DNA from: Gemmataceae bacterium
Lineage (GTDB): Bacteria; Planctomycetota; Planctomycetia; Gemmatales; Gemmataceae
Length of the DNA: 64,000 bases
Direction of reading: 5' to 3'
NCBI GenBank assembly: GCA_046350215.1
Contig: JAXMAU010000035.1
Location: 935-64,934, forward strand
Both the position numbers and the translations under genes were made by a program. This document shows positions 9,800 to 19,602 of this stretch, piece by piece; position 1 is the first letter of the stretch; each line of letters opens with the position of its first letter. Under the pieces are notes generated by a model. That model worked only from the letters and a program-made list of their open reading frames with translations. It made no database searches and was not told the origin of the DNA.

Positions 9800-10978
9800 T
9801 CAGCCCCGACAGGAAGTCGTACCCTGCTCGGCCGCGAGACGCCGTGACGGATCGGCACGATCGTGCTTGCTCATGGAGGTAGAAGCATGCTGGTCTTGAG
9901 TCGCAAGGTGGGGGAAGAGGTCATCATTGGCGGCACCATCCGGTGCGCGTGCTCGCCATCCACGGCAACCAGATCCGGCTGGGGCTGGTGGCCCCGCGCG
10001 ATGCCGATTCAGCGCGAGGAGCTTGCTTCCCGAGCCGCTGCCGCCGATTCGGCGAACGGCGGAACGGCCGCCGGTGCCGGACGTCGTCCTGCACCTACCC
10101 GCCGCCCCCCCGGCACTCCCCACCTGATCACGGTTTCCTGATCGACGACCGGGCCTCACCGCCCGGTCGCGGTGTTGCCGGCTGTCCCTCCGCCCAACTG
10201 TCCGCCGGCCGATGTACCAGCGGCAGCACCTGCGCGCCGATCCCTCGATATCCTCCTCGTCGTCGGTCGATTGCGGCATGTGGGCGGCGATCTGGTGGCC
10301 GATGAGCGGCACCTCCTCCGGGTCGCCGGTCGGGATCGGGTGGCGGAGGAAGACGTACAGCAAGTAGCCGGTCACCGCGCCCAGCAGCAGCAGCAGCCCG
10401 ACCGGCTTGTAGGGCGCGATCTGCTCTTCCAGATGGAGCAGCAAGTCGCGAAATTGCGATCCCAGGCCGTAGCCGAGCAAAAAGAACAGGGTGGTGCCGA
10501 ACACGGCGCCCAGCCCGTCGGCGACCAGGAAGCGCACCAGCGCCAGCCGCATCGTGCCGGCGGTCAGGAACAGCGTGGTGCGAATGCCCGGCACCAGCCG
10601 GCCGATCACGAAGATCATCACGCCGTAGCGGTGGAAGTTGTGGCGGATCTGTGCCTGCTTCGCCTCCGGCGCCAGCCGGGCGAACAGGGCGGTGCGCATG
10701 AGCCGCCCGCCGAAGAACCGTCCCAGGGCGTACAGCAGCACGTCGGCCATGACGGCGCCGGCCATGCAGACCGGCAGGATCAGCCAGCGCACCGGCCCGA
10801 TCTCCGCCAGGTGGGCGGTGCGGATACCGGCCATGGCGATCATCACCTCCTCGGGGATCGGGTTGCCCAGCCCGGCGCTGGCGAGGAACGCGAACCACGA
10901 CACCAGCTCGTAGATCAGGTCGCTGACCGGCACCGGGAGGACTCCTTCGCACAGGGCACGTCCGAGGGCGCTCGCCAT
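9800..10978 (-). CDS. DedA/SNARE-associated family membrane protein (3' end uncertain)
   Basis: ATG 10978. DedA core motifs (GNPIPEEV, RFFGGR, HRYGVMIFVIGRLVPGIRT) and multiple TM segments. The ORF has no stop until 9800. The last ~150 codons are low-complexity and antisense to csrA, so the true end is probably near 10230-10290. Confidence 0.65.
   Translation of the reverse strand: MASALGRALCEGVLPVPVSDLIYELVSWFAFLASAGLGNPIPEEVMIAMAGIRTAHLAEIGPVRWLILPVCMAGAVMADVLLYALGRFFGGRLMRTALFARLAPEAKQAQIRHNFHRYGVMIFVIGRLVPGIRTTLFLTAGTMRLALVRFLVADGLGAVFGTTLFFLLGYGLGSQFRDLLLHLEEQIAPYKPVGLLLLLGAVTGYLLYVFLRHPIPTGDPEEVPLIGHQIAAHMPQSTDDEEDIEGSARRCCRWYIGRRTVGRRDSRQHRDRAVRPGRRSGNRDQVGSAGGAAGRCRTTSGTGGRSAVRRIGGSGSGSKLLALNRHRAGPPAPAGSGCRGWRARAPDGAANDDLFPHLATQDQHASTSMSKHDRADPSRRLAAEQGTTSCRG
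9887..10141 (+). pseudogene. csrA: carbon storage regulator CsrA with two compensating frameshifts
   Basis: MLVLSRKVGEEVIIGGTIR then out of frame. The +1 frame reads VRVLAIHGNQIRLGLVAPRD, and the original frame resumes with PIQREEL. This fits a 1-nt loss after 9943 and a 2-nt loss after 10003. GGAGG lies upstream of the ATG. Confidence 0.75.
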
Positions 10979-11083
10979 TATCGGTGAACCGGCGGCGCCG
11001 GGAAAGAGCGAGTTGCCGCCCCTGGACGGTTTCCGCCCTCGGCCGCACAATGAGCGGCAATTCCCTCGTCGTCGGAGGCCGCC

Positions 11084-11905
11084 ATGAAGCTTGGTCTGAT
11101 CAACTCCGCCTGGGCACAAACCGGACGCGACACCGCGTTCGGCATCCGCATGACCAAGGAGATCGGCTTCGACTGCATCGACATCTTCACCGACCCGCTC
11201 GACATCGACGCCCGCGAACGGCGCTTGATCCGCACCGAGTGTGAGCGGGCCGGGCTGCCGGTGATCAGCCTGGCGTGCGTGGCGGTCGGGCTGATCGACT
11301 TCAACCCATCGGTGCAGCGCTTCCACCTCGACCGCTGCCGCCAGTTCCTCGACCTGACCTACGAGCTGGACGGCCGTAACCTGTTGCTGGTGCTCGGCGA
11401 GTACATCTGGGAGAAGCAGGTGATCACGCCAGCCGAGCAGTGGACCACCGGCGTGCGCAACGTCCGCCAGCTGGCCGACCATGCGGCTAAACTGGGGCTG
11501 GAGATCGCCCTGGAGCTGGAGCCGTTCAAGCTATCGCTGGTGAACGACGTCGACTCGATGGTGCGGTTTCTCGACGACGTGAACCACCCGGCGGTGAAGG
11601 CGAACATCGACGTGTCGCACCTGCAGCTGTCGCGGGTGCCGCCGGCCGAGGTGGCGCGGCTGCGCGGCCGGGCGGCGCACGTCCACCTGAGCGACTGCGA
11701 CGGCAAGGTCCACGGCGACCTGCCGCCGGGCCGCGGAGTGGTCGACTTCGTGCCGTACCTGGAGCAGATCAAGGCGCTCGACATCGACGGCGCCATCAGC
11801 ATCGAGCTGGAATACTCGCCGGAGCCGGACCGCATCGTCGAGTGGGTCCGCGAGGCGTATGTTGCCACCGACCGGCTGCTGCGCCAGGTCGGTCTGCGCG
11901 GCTAG
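11084..11905 (+). CDS. sugar phosphate isomerase/epimerase (xylose-isomerase-like TIM barrel)
   Basis: Intact 273-aa ORF with the family pattern (..LLLVLGEY.., ..IALELEP.., ..AHVHLSD.., ..ISIELEY..). Confidence 0.8.
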   Translation: MKLGLINSAWAQTGRDTAFGIRMTKEIGFDCIDIFTDPLDIDARERRLIRTECERAGLPVISLACVAVGLIDFNPSVQRFHLDRCRQFLDLTYELDGRNLLLVLGEYIWEKQVITPAEQWTTGVRNVRQLADHAAKLGLEIALELEPFKLSLVNDVDSMVRFLDDVNHPAVKANIDVSHLQLSRVPPAEVARLRGRAAHVHLSDCDGKVHGDLPPGRGVVDFVPYLEQIKALDIDGAISIELEYSPEPDRIVEWVREAYVATDRLLRQVGLRG

Positions 11906-11986
11906 CGACCGCCGCTTCCGATCGGCGATAGGAGCCGATATCATGTAGGGGAACAGAGAGCCGCGGCCGCCAGTGAGGGGGGTTCC

Positions 11987-14900
11987 GTGCTGATCTCCGC
12001 CGTCTGTCCCCGGTGTCGCACTACCTATCACGTTCAGGACAACCTGCGTGGCAAGGCCATGCGCTGCCAGGTCACGACCTGTCGGCACCTGTTCCTCATC
12101 GACGACCCTCCGCCGGCCCCCCCCGTCGCGCCGCCCGCCCCCGAACGCCCGCAGCAGACCGGGCAGGTCGGCGACCTGGTGCCGCTCATCCCGGTGGAAG
12201 ACGTCGCACCCGAGCCGCCGACGCCGGTGACGGGTGTCGGGGACCTGATCGAGCTGGTCCCGGCCGAGCCGGCCGAGCCGTTGCCGATCCCGCTCGATCC
12301 GGTCGAGCCGCTGCCGGTGGTGCAGGCGTGGGAGGACGGTCCCCCTCCGGCGCGGCGCCGTAATGGGCAGTCGGCGAAGGCGAAGGAACCGGCGCCGCCT
12401 GCCGAGGACAAGCCGCCGAAGTCGTCGCCGCGGATCAAGAAACCGGCCGCGGAACCAGAGCCGGGACCGCGCGTGATCGAGGCCGGCGACTGGTCCGCGC
12501 CGCCGGTCCGCCGCGGCGCGACCGATGCCGGCGCAGACGACGTGCCGAAGCCGGCGCGGGAAGCCGTGACCGTCGCGCCGCCGGTGGTCGAGGAACCGCC
12601 GGCCTACGACGACACGCACCGCCCGCCCACGCACTGGGCGAAGTGGGTGGTGATCCCGTTCGTCCTGCTCGCCTTCGGCGGGCTGGGCTATGGCGTGTTC
12701 CTGGTCGTGCAGGCGACGCGGAACACCGAGGAGCGGATGGCGAAGGAGGCCGACACCTTCTTCGCCGACCGCCAGTTCCGCAGCGCCGCCGAACGGTACG
12801 GGCAACTGCTCGATCGCTACCCGGAGAGTGAGCAGACCGAGCGCTACCGTTTTCGCCGCGACCTGAGCGAGCTGCGCAACCGCATGACCGAGCCTCCCGA
12901 GGAGATTGGCGAGCTGCTCGACCACTACGAGCAGTTCGTCAAGGAGCGGCAGAAAGATCCGCTCTTGCCCGAAGATGCCGCCGACCTCGGCGCCGCCCTC
13001 GTCAAGCTGCTGACCGACTTCGCCGACCGCGCGGCCGCTACCCCGACCGACGACAAGCCGCTGGAAACGCTGAAACGGGCCGCCTCCGTCGTCGCCGCGG
13101 CGAAGGCGATCCGGCTGCCCAAGGGCGCCGCTGCGCCGCCGTGGGAGCAGATCGACGCGGCGTTCGGCCGGGTCCGCGCCGCGATCGCGCGGATGAACGA
13201 ACGCCGTGAGCTGATGGCGGAGCTGGAGCGGGTCGCGCAAAAGCCGTCCTATGCCTCCATCGTCGCCTTCGAGCGGCTGGTCCGCGACCGCGAGAAAGCG
13301 TTTCCCAATCTGTCCGGCACCCCCGAGGTGACGAAGCTGCTCAACGGCATGTACGAGCGACACCTGCAGTCGGTCCGTTATGTCGAGGCGGCGGCGCCAA
13401 AGAAGCCGGTCCGCCGCGGTGAGGACGAGCCGGCGCTCTTGCTCGACCCGCTGATTCAAGGCGCTGCGTTGCCGGGCGATCGGGACAACGGGGTGGTGCT
13501 GGCACTGGTCCGCGGGCTGCTGTACGGGCTGGAGCGAACCAGCGGCAAGGTGCGCTGGGCAGTCCGCGTCGGCATCGACACGACGACGCTGCCGGTCCGC
13601 GTCCCCGCTCGCGCTGGCAGCGAGGAGCGCATCCTCGCCCTTTCGAGCGACGACCCGCCGACACTGACGGCGCTGGATACGAGCGGACACGAGCTGTGGC
13701 GGCATCGGCTCGGCCGCCCGGTGCTCGGCCGGCCGGTGGTCGTCGACCGGCGTGCCTGGCCACCTACTCGGCGAGGTCCACGAGATCGAGCTGATCGAGG
13801 GCCGCTGCTCGGCCGCTATCTGCTCGGCCAGCCGCTGACCGCGGGCGGGACGCCCGAGCCGGGATCGCGCGCGCGTCTACTTCCCGGCCGACGACGGCTG
13901 CGTCTACGTCCTCGACGTCGCCGCCCGCCGGTGCGGCCGCCGTCCTCTACACCCGTCACCCGGCCGGATCGCTGCGGAGCGAGCTGGCGATCATCCCGCC
14001 GGGCGGTGCCGACGCCCCCGGCTACCTGGTGCTCACCCAGGCGAACGGCCTCGACGAGTGCGGCTGCGCGTCTGGGATCTCCCGGTGCAGGACGGCCGGC
14101 GGGCGGTGGAGCAGGCGGCAAGCCGCCGGTCGAACCGATGGCGGCTGGACGGCCTTCACCCCATATCACGATCCGGAAAAGATGGTATTACTGTCCGACG
14201 CCGGGGTACTCGGGCTGTTCGGCATCCGCCAGCCGAACAACCGCGACCAGCCGCTATTCCCGCTGCTCCGCGGCGCCGGGCTGTCGCTCGACTCGTTGCT
14301 CCGCGACGGCCCGTCGCGTGGTCCGTTGCCGCGCGGCCGGGCGGAGGTGGTGGAAGTGCAGGGGAACGACCTGTGGGTGCTGGCGGGCGGACGGCTGCAG
14401 CGGCTGCGCCTGGGGTGGGGCCAGGCGATCGGTCCGGAGCTGGTGCCGGTGTGGGGGGAGGCGGCGCGCGTCGGCGCGCCGGTGCATGCGGCGCAGCGGG
14501 TGCCGCTGCCGGACGGCCGGACGCAACTGGTCGTCGTCACCCGGCCGGAGGATCGCTCGTGTCACTGGGTCAGCTGTTTCGACGACGAGCATGGCCGGTT
14601 GCTGTGGCGGCGGCAGCTGGGGCTGGTGGTCCGCGGCGAGCCGGTGCCGCTGCTGGTCGGCGACGGCCCGCCGCGCTGGCTGCTGCAGGATCAGGCCGGG
14701 TCGCTGTACCAGGTCGATCCGGCGGCGGTGAAGTCCGACGCGCAGGCGCGGTGGGTAGCGCCGGGGGATGCGGTGTTCCTCGCCGGTCCAGTCGGCGACA
14801 GCACGGCCGGTCCGCTGCTGCTGTCCACCGCCGATCAGCGATCCGTTTACGCGCTGGCGACGCCGGGCGAGAAGGAACTGGTCGTCCGGCAGGTGAAGCC

Positions 14901-15807
14901 GGGCGGCGAGGGCGGCAAGCTGCAGGTGGTCGAGGGCCGGGTGCCGCTGGCGCAGCCGGTCGCCGGCACCCCCGCCCTGGTCGGCAGCGAGCTGGTGGTG
15001 CCGCTGGCGGACGGGTCGCTGGCGCGGGTGCCGGTGCCGCTGGCGAAGGACGCGCAGCTGGAGGCCGGGCCGACCTGGCGAGCCGATCGCGCGGCGGCCG
15101 ATGCTCGCTGCCACGTCGTCGCCGTGTCGGGCGAGCGGTTCGTCACCAGCGACGGCGGTCGCGGGCTGACGGTGTGGGAGTGGAAGCCGGGCAGCACCAC
15201 CTGGGACGTGCTGCCGGCGAACCGCGAGGAGGGGCCGGGGCTGGAGCTGCGCGACCGGATCGTCGAGGTGGTGCGGCTGCCCGATCAGCCGGCCGAGCCG
15301 GTGCGGCTGCTGGTCGCCGATTCGTCCGGCACCGTGTCGCTGGTGCAGGTACTCAACACCGGCGCGCTCAAGGTGCGGAGTTCCTGGGACCTGGGCGGGC
15401 CGATCACCGCCCCGCCGTTCGTCCGCGCCACCGCCGGCGGGCTGCGCGTCGGCTGCGTGGTCGACCGTTCGCGGCTGGCCTGGTTCGATCCGGCCGCAGC
15501 GAAGGTGCAGTGGTACGAGACGCCGGGCGCCGACCCGATCGTCGGTGCGCCGCAGCTGGCTGGCGACCGGCTGATCGTCGCCGACCAGTCCGGCCTGACC
15601 GTCGCCCTCGACGCCGCCACCGGCAAACCGGCCGGAGACGGCCACCAGCTGCGCGGCAGCGTCGCCCCGGTGGCGACTCCGGTGCCACTCTCGAATAACG
15701 TGTTACTCGCCCCGCTGAGTGACGGCACCCTGCAGCTGCTGCCGCTGGCGCGCCTGATCAAGGGCACCGCCTCGGCGCGGCGAGCGGCGGTCAGCCCGGC
15801 GCGGTGA
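11987..15807 (+). pseudogene. giant zinc-ribbon / TM / helical-repeat / PQQ-like beta-propeller protein, frameshifted in the middle
   Basis: GTG 11987, CPRC...C....C zinc ribbon, Pro-rich region, TM (WVVIPFVLLAFGGLGYGVFLVV), helical region, then propeller repeats. The frame is lost around 13745-14160 (readable pieces ..EVHEIELIEG.., ..VYFPADDGCVYVLDV.., ..GYLVLTQANGLDE..) and resumes in ORF 14029-15807. Confidence 0.7.
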
Positions 15808-16481
15808 GCGGCTTGCCGTTGTGCGCCGGACCGAGGCCGAGCAGGAACGGCGCCGCCTTCTCGGCCCACTGATACGCATCAGTGTAGCCGTCGGCACCGG
15901 CGCCGAAGCAGCTGCGCAGCATGTCGGTGTCGATGATGCCGGGGTTGAGCGGCACCGCCGCCAGCCCGCGCGGCAGCTCCTGGGCGAGCGCCCGCGTCAG
16001 TCCCTCGATCGCCCACTTGCTGGCGCAGTACGACGCGACTTCCGGCGAGGTCGACCGACCCCAGCCGGAGCTGAAATTGACGATCACCCCGCTGCCGCAG
16101 CGGATCATCGCCGGCACGAACGCCCGGATCACGTTCGCCGTCCTTGACGTTGACATCCATCAGCTGGTCGAACTCGTCCGCCGGCACTTCCCACAGCGGG
16201 GCGTTGGCGTTGATGATCGCCGCGTTGTTGAGCAGCAGGTCGGGCGGGTCGCCGGCGGCCAGCACCTCGGCCGCCCACGCCTCGACGGCCCGCGCGTCGG
16301 TCACGTCCACCACGGCGAAATGATGCGGCGGAGGATACTGGCTCCGCAGGAAGGCGACGAGTTCGGCGTTGCGGCCGCAGCCGCACACAGTGTGCCCCCG
16401 GGCGACGAACTGCTCGACCAGCGCGCGGCCCAGCCCGCGCGTGGCCCCGGTCAGGACGATGGTGCGTTTGGTGGCGGTCAT
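15791..16481 (-). pseudogene. short-chain dehydrogenase/reductase with one frameshift
   Basis: MTATKRTIVLTGATRGLGRAL.. (ATG 16481) reads to ..DQLMDVNVK. It continues in the frame of ORF 15791-16156 (..ANVIRAFVPAMI..SSGWG..YCASKWA..). The break is near 16140-16156. Confidence 0.75.
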
Positions 16482-16494
16482 CCTCGTTCTCGCG

Positions 16495-17496
16495 TCAGTA
16501 CCAGCGGTGCTTGTCCACCACATTGAGCAGCGGTTCGCCGCGGACGAACCGGCCGACGTTCTCCACCACCACCGCCAGGTGCCGTTCGGCGATCCGTGGC
16601 GAATAACCGGCGACATGCGGGGTGATGATCACCTTCTCTCCCATCTTCCACAACGGCGAGTCGGGTGGCAACGGCTCCGTCTCGAACACGTCGAGCGCCG
16701 CCCCGGCGATCTCGCCGGCGTCGATCGCTGCCGCAAGGTCGGCCAATCGCACGATCGCGCCGCGGCCGATGTTGATGAGATACGCGGTCCGTTTCATCCG
16801 CTGAAACTGCGCGCGGCCGAACATGCCGGCTGTTTCGGGGGTGTGCGGCGCGGCGATCACCACGAAATCGCTCTCCGCCAGCAGGTTGTCGAGCCGATCG
16901 GCCGGCCACAGCGTTACCCCGTCCGGCGCCTGACGCGGCAGCGGGTCGACTGCCAGGACACGCATCGAGAACGCCCGCGCTCGCCGCGCCACCTCGCCGC
17001 CGATCGCCCCGAACCCGACCACCCCGAGCGTCGCATCGGCCAGGTGCAGGTGGGCGCGGTCGATGGCGTTGACCACCGCCGGCCCGGCGACGTTACCCGA
17101 CCGCGCCTCCTCGCCGCCGCGGGGCGCCCACCGCCCGCGCGCCTGCTGCAACACGTAGACGTGCAGATTGCGGGCGAAGCACAGGACGTAGCCCATCACC
17201 TGGTCGGCGATCACGTCGCTGAACAGCCCGCGCATGTTGGTCAGCAGGCACGGATGCTCGACCAGTGCGGGAAACAGGTAGTGTTCGAGGCTGGCGGTCG
17301 GCGCCTGCACCCAGCGGAGCCGGCCGGCGGCGGCCAGCCGGTCGGGAGTCATCTTGCCGAAGAAGGCGTCGGCGTCGCGCAGATGCGCCCTCGCCTCGTC
17401 GCCGGTGGCGGCATTGACCACCGCCATGCCGCCGGCCGCCGCGACGATCGCTCGCAATCGATCCAGTTCGACGGCGGGGTGAATGAGCAGTTTCAT
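16495..17496 (-). CDS. D-isomer-specific 2-hydroxyacid dehydrogenase family protein
   Basis: 333 aa from ATG 17496 (MKLLIHP..). NAD-binding GVVGFGAIGGEVA, ..INIGRG.., ..DVFETEPLP..., ..ITPHVAG... Lies 13 bp upstream of the SDR on the same strand. Confidence 0.85.
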   Translation of the reverse strand: MKLLIHPAVELDRLRAIVAAAGGMAVVNAATGDEARAHLRDADAFFGKMTPDRLAAAGRLRWVQAPTASLEHYLFPALVEHPCLLTNMRGLFSDVIADQVMGYVLCFARNLHVYVLQQARGRWAPRGGEEARSGNVAGPAVVNAIDRAHLHLADATLGVVGFGAIGGEVARRARAFSMRVLAVDPLPRQAPDGVTLWPADRLDNLLAESDFVVIAAPHTPETAGMFGRAQFQRMKRTAYLINIGRGAIVRLADLAAAIDAGEIAGAALDVFETEPLPPDSPLWKMGEKVIITPHVAGYSPRIAERHLAVVVENVGRFVRGEPLLNVVDKHRWY

Positions 17497-17630
17497 GCGA
17501 ACTCGTTCTTGGAGTATCCACGGGTCTGTTCGAACAAGATACCGGGGGCCATGTTCGCTGGCCATCCGCGGCGTCCAGTGGTAGCGTACCAGGGTTGTTC
17601 TCACCGAAGTGGCCAGCCGGAGTCGGCCTG

Positions 17631-19064
17631 ATGGTTCCCCCCTTTCTGGATCGGCGAACGCTCCTGTGGCAGTCGGGCGGCGGGCTGGGCGGGATTGCGC
17701 TGGCGTGGCTGCTCGGGCGCGACGGCGCGCTGGCGGCAGACGCCCCGCCACGAGCCGACCTCAACGGCGGACTGCATCACCGGGCGAAGGCCAAGCGAGT
17801 GGTGCAGCTGTTCATGTCCGGCGCCGCCAGCCAGTGCGACCTGTTTGACTACAAACCGCTGCTCATCAAGAAGAACGGCGAGAAGTTCGATCCGGGCGGC
17901 AAGGTGGAACTGTTCCAGAGCGCGCCGGGGCAGGTCATGGCCAGCCCGTGGAAGTGGCGGCCGCATGGCCGGTGCGGCAAGTACATCAGCGACCTGCTGC
18001 CGCACCTGGCCGGGTGCGTCGACGACATGGCGTTCGTTCACTCGATGGTGTCGAAGTCGAACGTCCACGGGCCGGCGACGTTCATGCAGGCGACCGGGTT
18101 CGTCCAGCCGGGGTTCCCGAGCGTGGGCGCGTGGATCAGCTACGGACTGGGAAGCCTGAACCAGAACCTGCCGACGTTCGTGGTGCTGCCCGACAGTCGC
18201 GGCTTCGCGCCGAACGGTCCGGCGAACTGGGCCGCCGGATTCCTGCCGGCGGCGCACCAGGGGACGATGGTGCGGCCCGGCGACAAGAACCCTATTCAGG
18301 ATCTGTTTCCTCCTGAGGAAGCGAAGACCACTCCCGACCGCGAGCGCGACGGCCTGAAACTGCTCGCGCAGCTGAACGCTGGCCATCGCCGCGGCCGCGC
18401 CGGCGACTCCCGCCTCGATGCCCGCATCGCCAGCTACGAGCTGGCCGCGCGCTTGCAGGTGTCAGCGCCGGAGGTGCTCGATCTGGCGAAGGAGTCAGCG
18501 GCCACGCGCAAGCGCTACGGGCTGGACGACCCGGCCACCGAGGACTTCGGCCGCAACTGCCTGATCGCTCGCCGGCTGCTCGAACGCGGGGTGCGCTTTG
18601 TCCAGTTGTGGAACGGAGCCGACAACGGCTTCCCGCGGCGGAACTGGGACAGCCACGAGGACCTGGCGCGCGATCACGGCGAGTTGGGCCGCGGTCTCGA
18701 TCGGCCGGCGGCGGCGCTGCTTGCCGACCTGAAGGCGCGCGGGTTGCTCGACGACACGATCGTGCTGTGGACGACCGAGTTCGGCCGCATGCCGTGCAGC
18801 CAGGGCGGCAAGGGCCGCGATCACAACCCGTTCGCGTTCACCAACTGGCTCGCCGGCGGCGGGATCAAGGGCGGCGTCACCCACGGCGCCAGCGACGAGT
18901 GGTCGTTCCGCGTCGCGGACCGGGCGACCTACTGCTACGACATCCACGCCACCATCCTGCACCTGCTCGGCATCGACCACACCCGGCTGACGTTCCGGCA
19001 CAACGGCGTCGACCGGCGGTTGACCGACGTCCACGGCCATGTGATCGAGGCGATCCTGGCGTAA
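17631..19064 (+). CDS. DUF1501 (sulfatase-fold) protein with Tat-type signal
   Basis: ATG 17631. RRTLLWQSGGGLGGIALAWLL twin-arginine leader. Conserved DUF1501 blocks (..FMSGAASQCDLFDYKP.., ..WTTEFGRMP.., ..GRDHNP..). Confidence 0.85.
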   Translation: MVPPFLDRRTLLWQSGGGLGGIALAWLLGRDGALAADAPPRADLNGGLHHRAKAKRVVQLFMSGAASQCDLFDYKPLLIKKNGEKFDPGGKVELFQSAPGQVMASPWKWRPHGRCGKYISDLLPHLAGCVDDMAFVHSMVSKSNVHGPATFMQATGFVQPGFPSVGAWISYGLGSLNQNLPTFVVLPDSRGFAPNGPANWAAGFLPAAHQGTMVRPGDKNPIQDLFPPEEAKTTPDRERDGLKLLAQLNAGHRRGRAGDSRLDARIASYELAARLQVSAPEVLDLAKESAATRKRYGLDDPATEDFGRNCLIARRLLERGVRFVQLWNGADNGFPRRNWDSHEDLARDHGELGRGLDRPAAALLADLKARGLLDDTIVLWTTEFGRMPCSQGGKGRDHNPFAFTNWLAGGGIKGGVTHGASDEWSFRVADRATYCYDIHATILHLLGIDHTRLTFRHNGVDRRLTDVHGHVIEAILA

Positions 19065-19093
19065 GTGACGAGTAATCCCTTACTCCAACTCGC

Positions 19094-19483
19094 TCAGCAG
19101 GCGGGCGGGGTGGGGTCCCACCGCCCGGCGTCGATCCGCGGATTGCTGCCGGGGTCCATCTGGTAGTAATACGCCCACACCGGCCCCGGCTGGCCGACCA
19201 ACTCCACCGTGTCGAGCTGGAACCAGTCGGGCGACCCTTCCACCAGGTCGAGCCACTCGCGCAGCGAGGCGTCGACCTCGTACAGCTCGCCGTGGACCGC
19301 CTGCCCGCCGTCGGGACACTGCTTCAGACCGGGGTAGGTGCCGAACAGGTACAGCGCATAGTTCGGCGTGGTGTGCGCCTCGCCGAGATACCGCTGCGTT
19401 GCCAGCGGCGAGTGCCGGGTGCCGCCTCGCTTGAGGGTGCCGTAGACGAACAGCCGGAAGGTGGCCGGCGGGTGGTGGCTCAT
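19094..19483 (-). CDS. gamma-glutamylcyclotransferase (AIG2/GGACT-like)
   Basis: 129 aa from ATG 19483. Contains the FVYGTLKRG motif and ..HGELYEV... Confidence 0.8.
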   Translation of the reverse strand: MSHHPPATFRLFVYGTLKRGGTRHSPLATQRYLGEAHTTPNYALYLFGTYPGLKQCPDGGQAVHGELYEVDASLREWLDLVEGSPDWFQLDTVELVGQPGPVWAYYYQMDPGSNPRIDAGRWDPTPPAC

Positions 19484-19602
19484 GGTCGACGAACTCCTCG
19501 GCGGCGGGTGGCCCGCGTTCTCTCTCGCATCATATCTCAAACCGGCCGGGGCAGCTATCATGACAGGGACAACGTCGCCCCACGCCTCGCCACGGGATCG
19601 GC

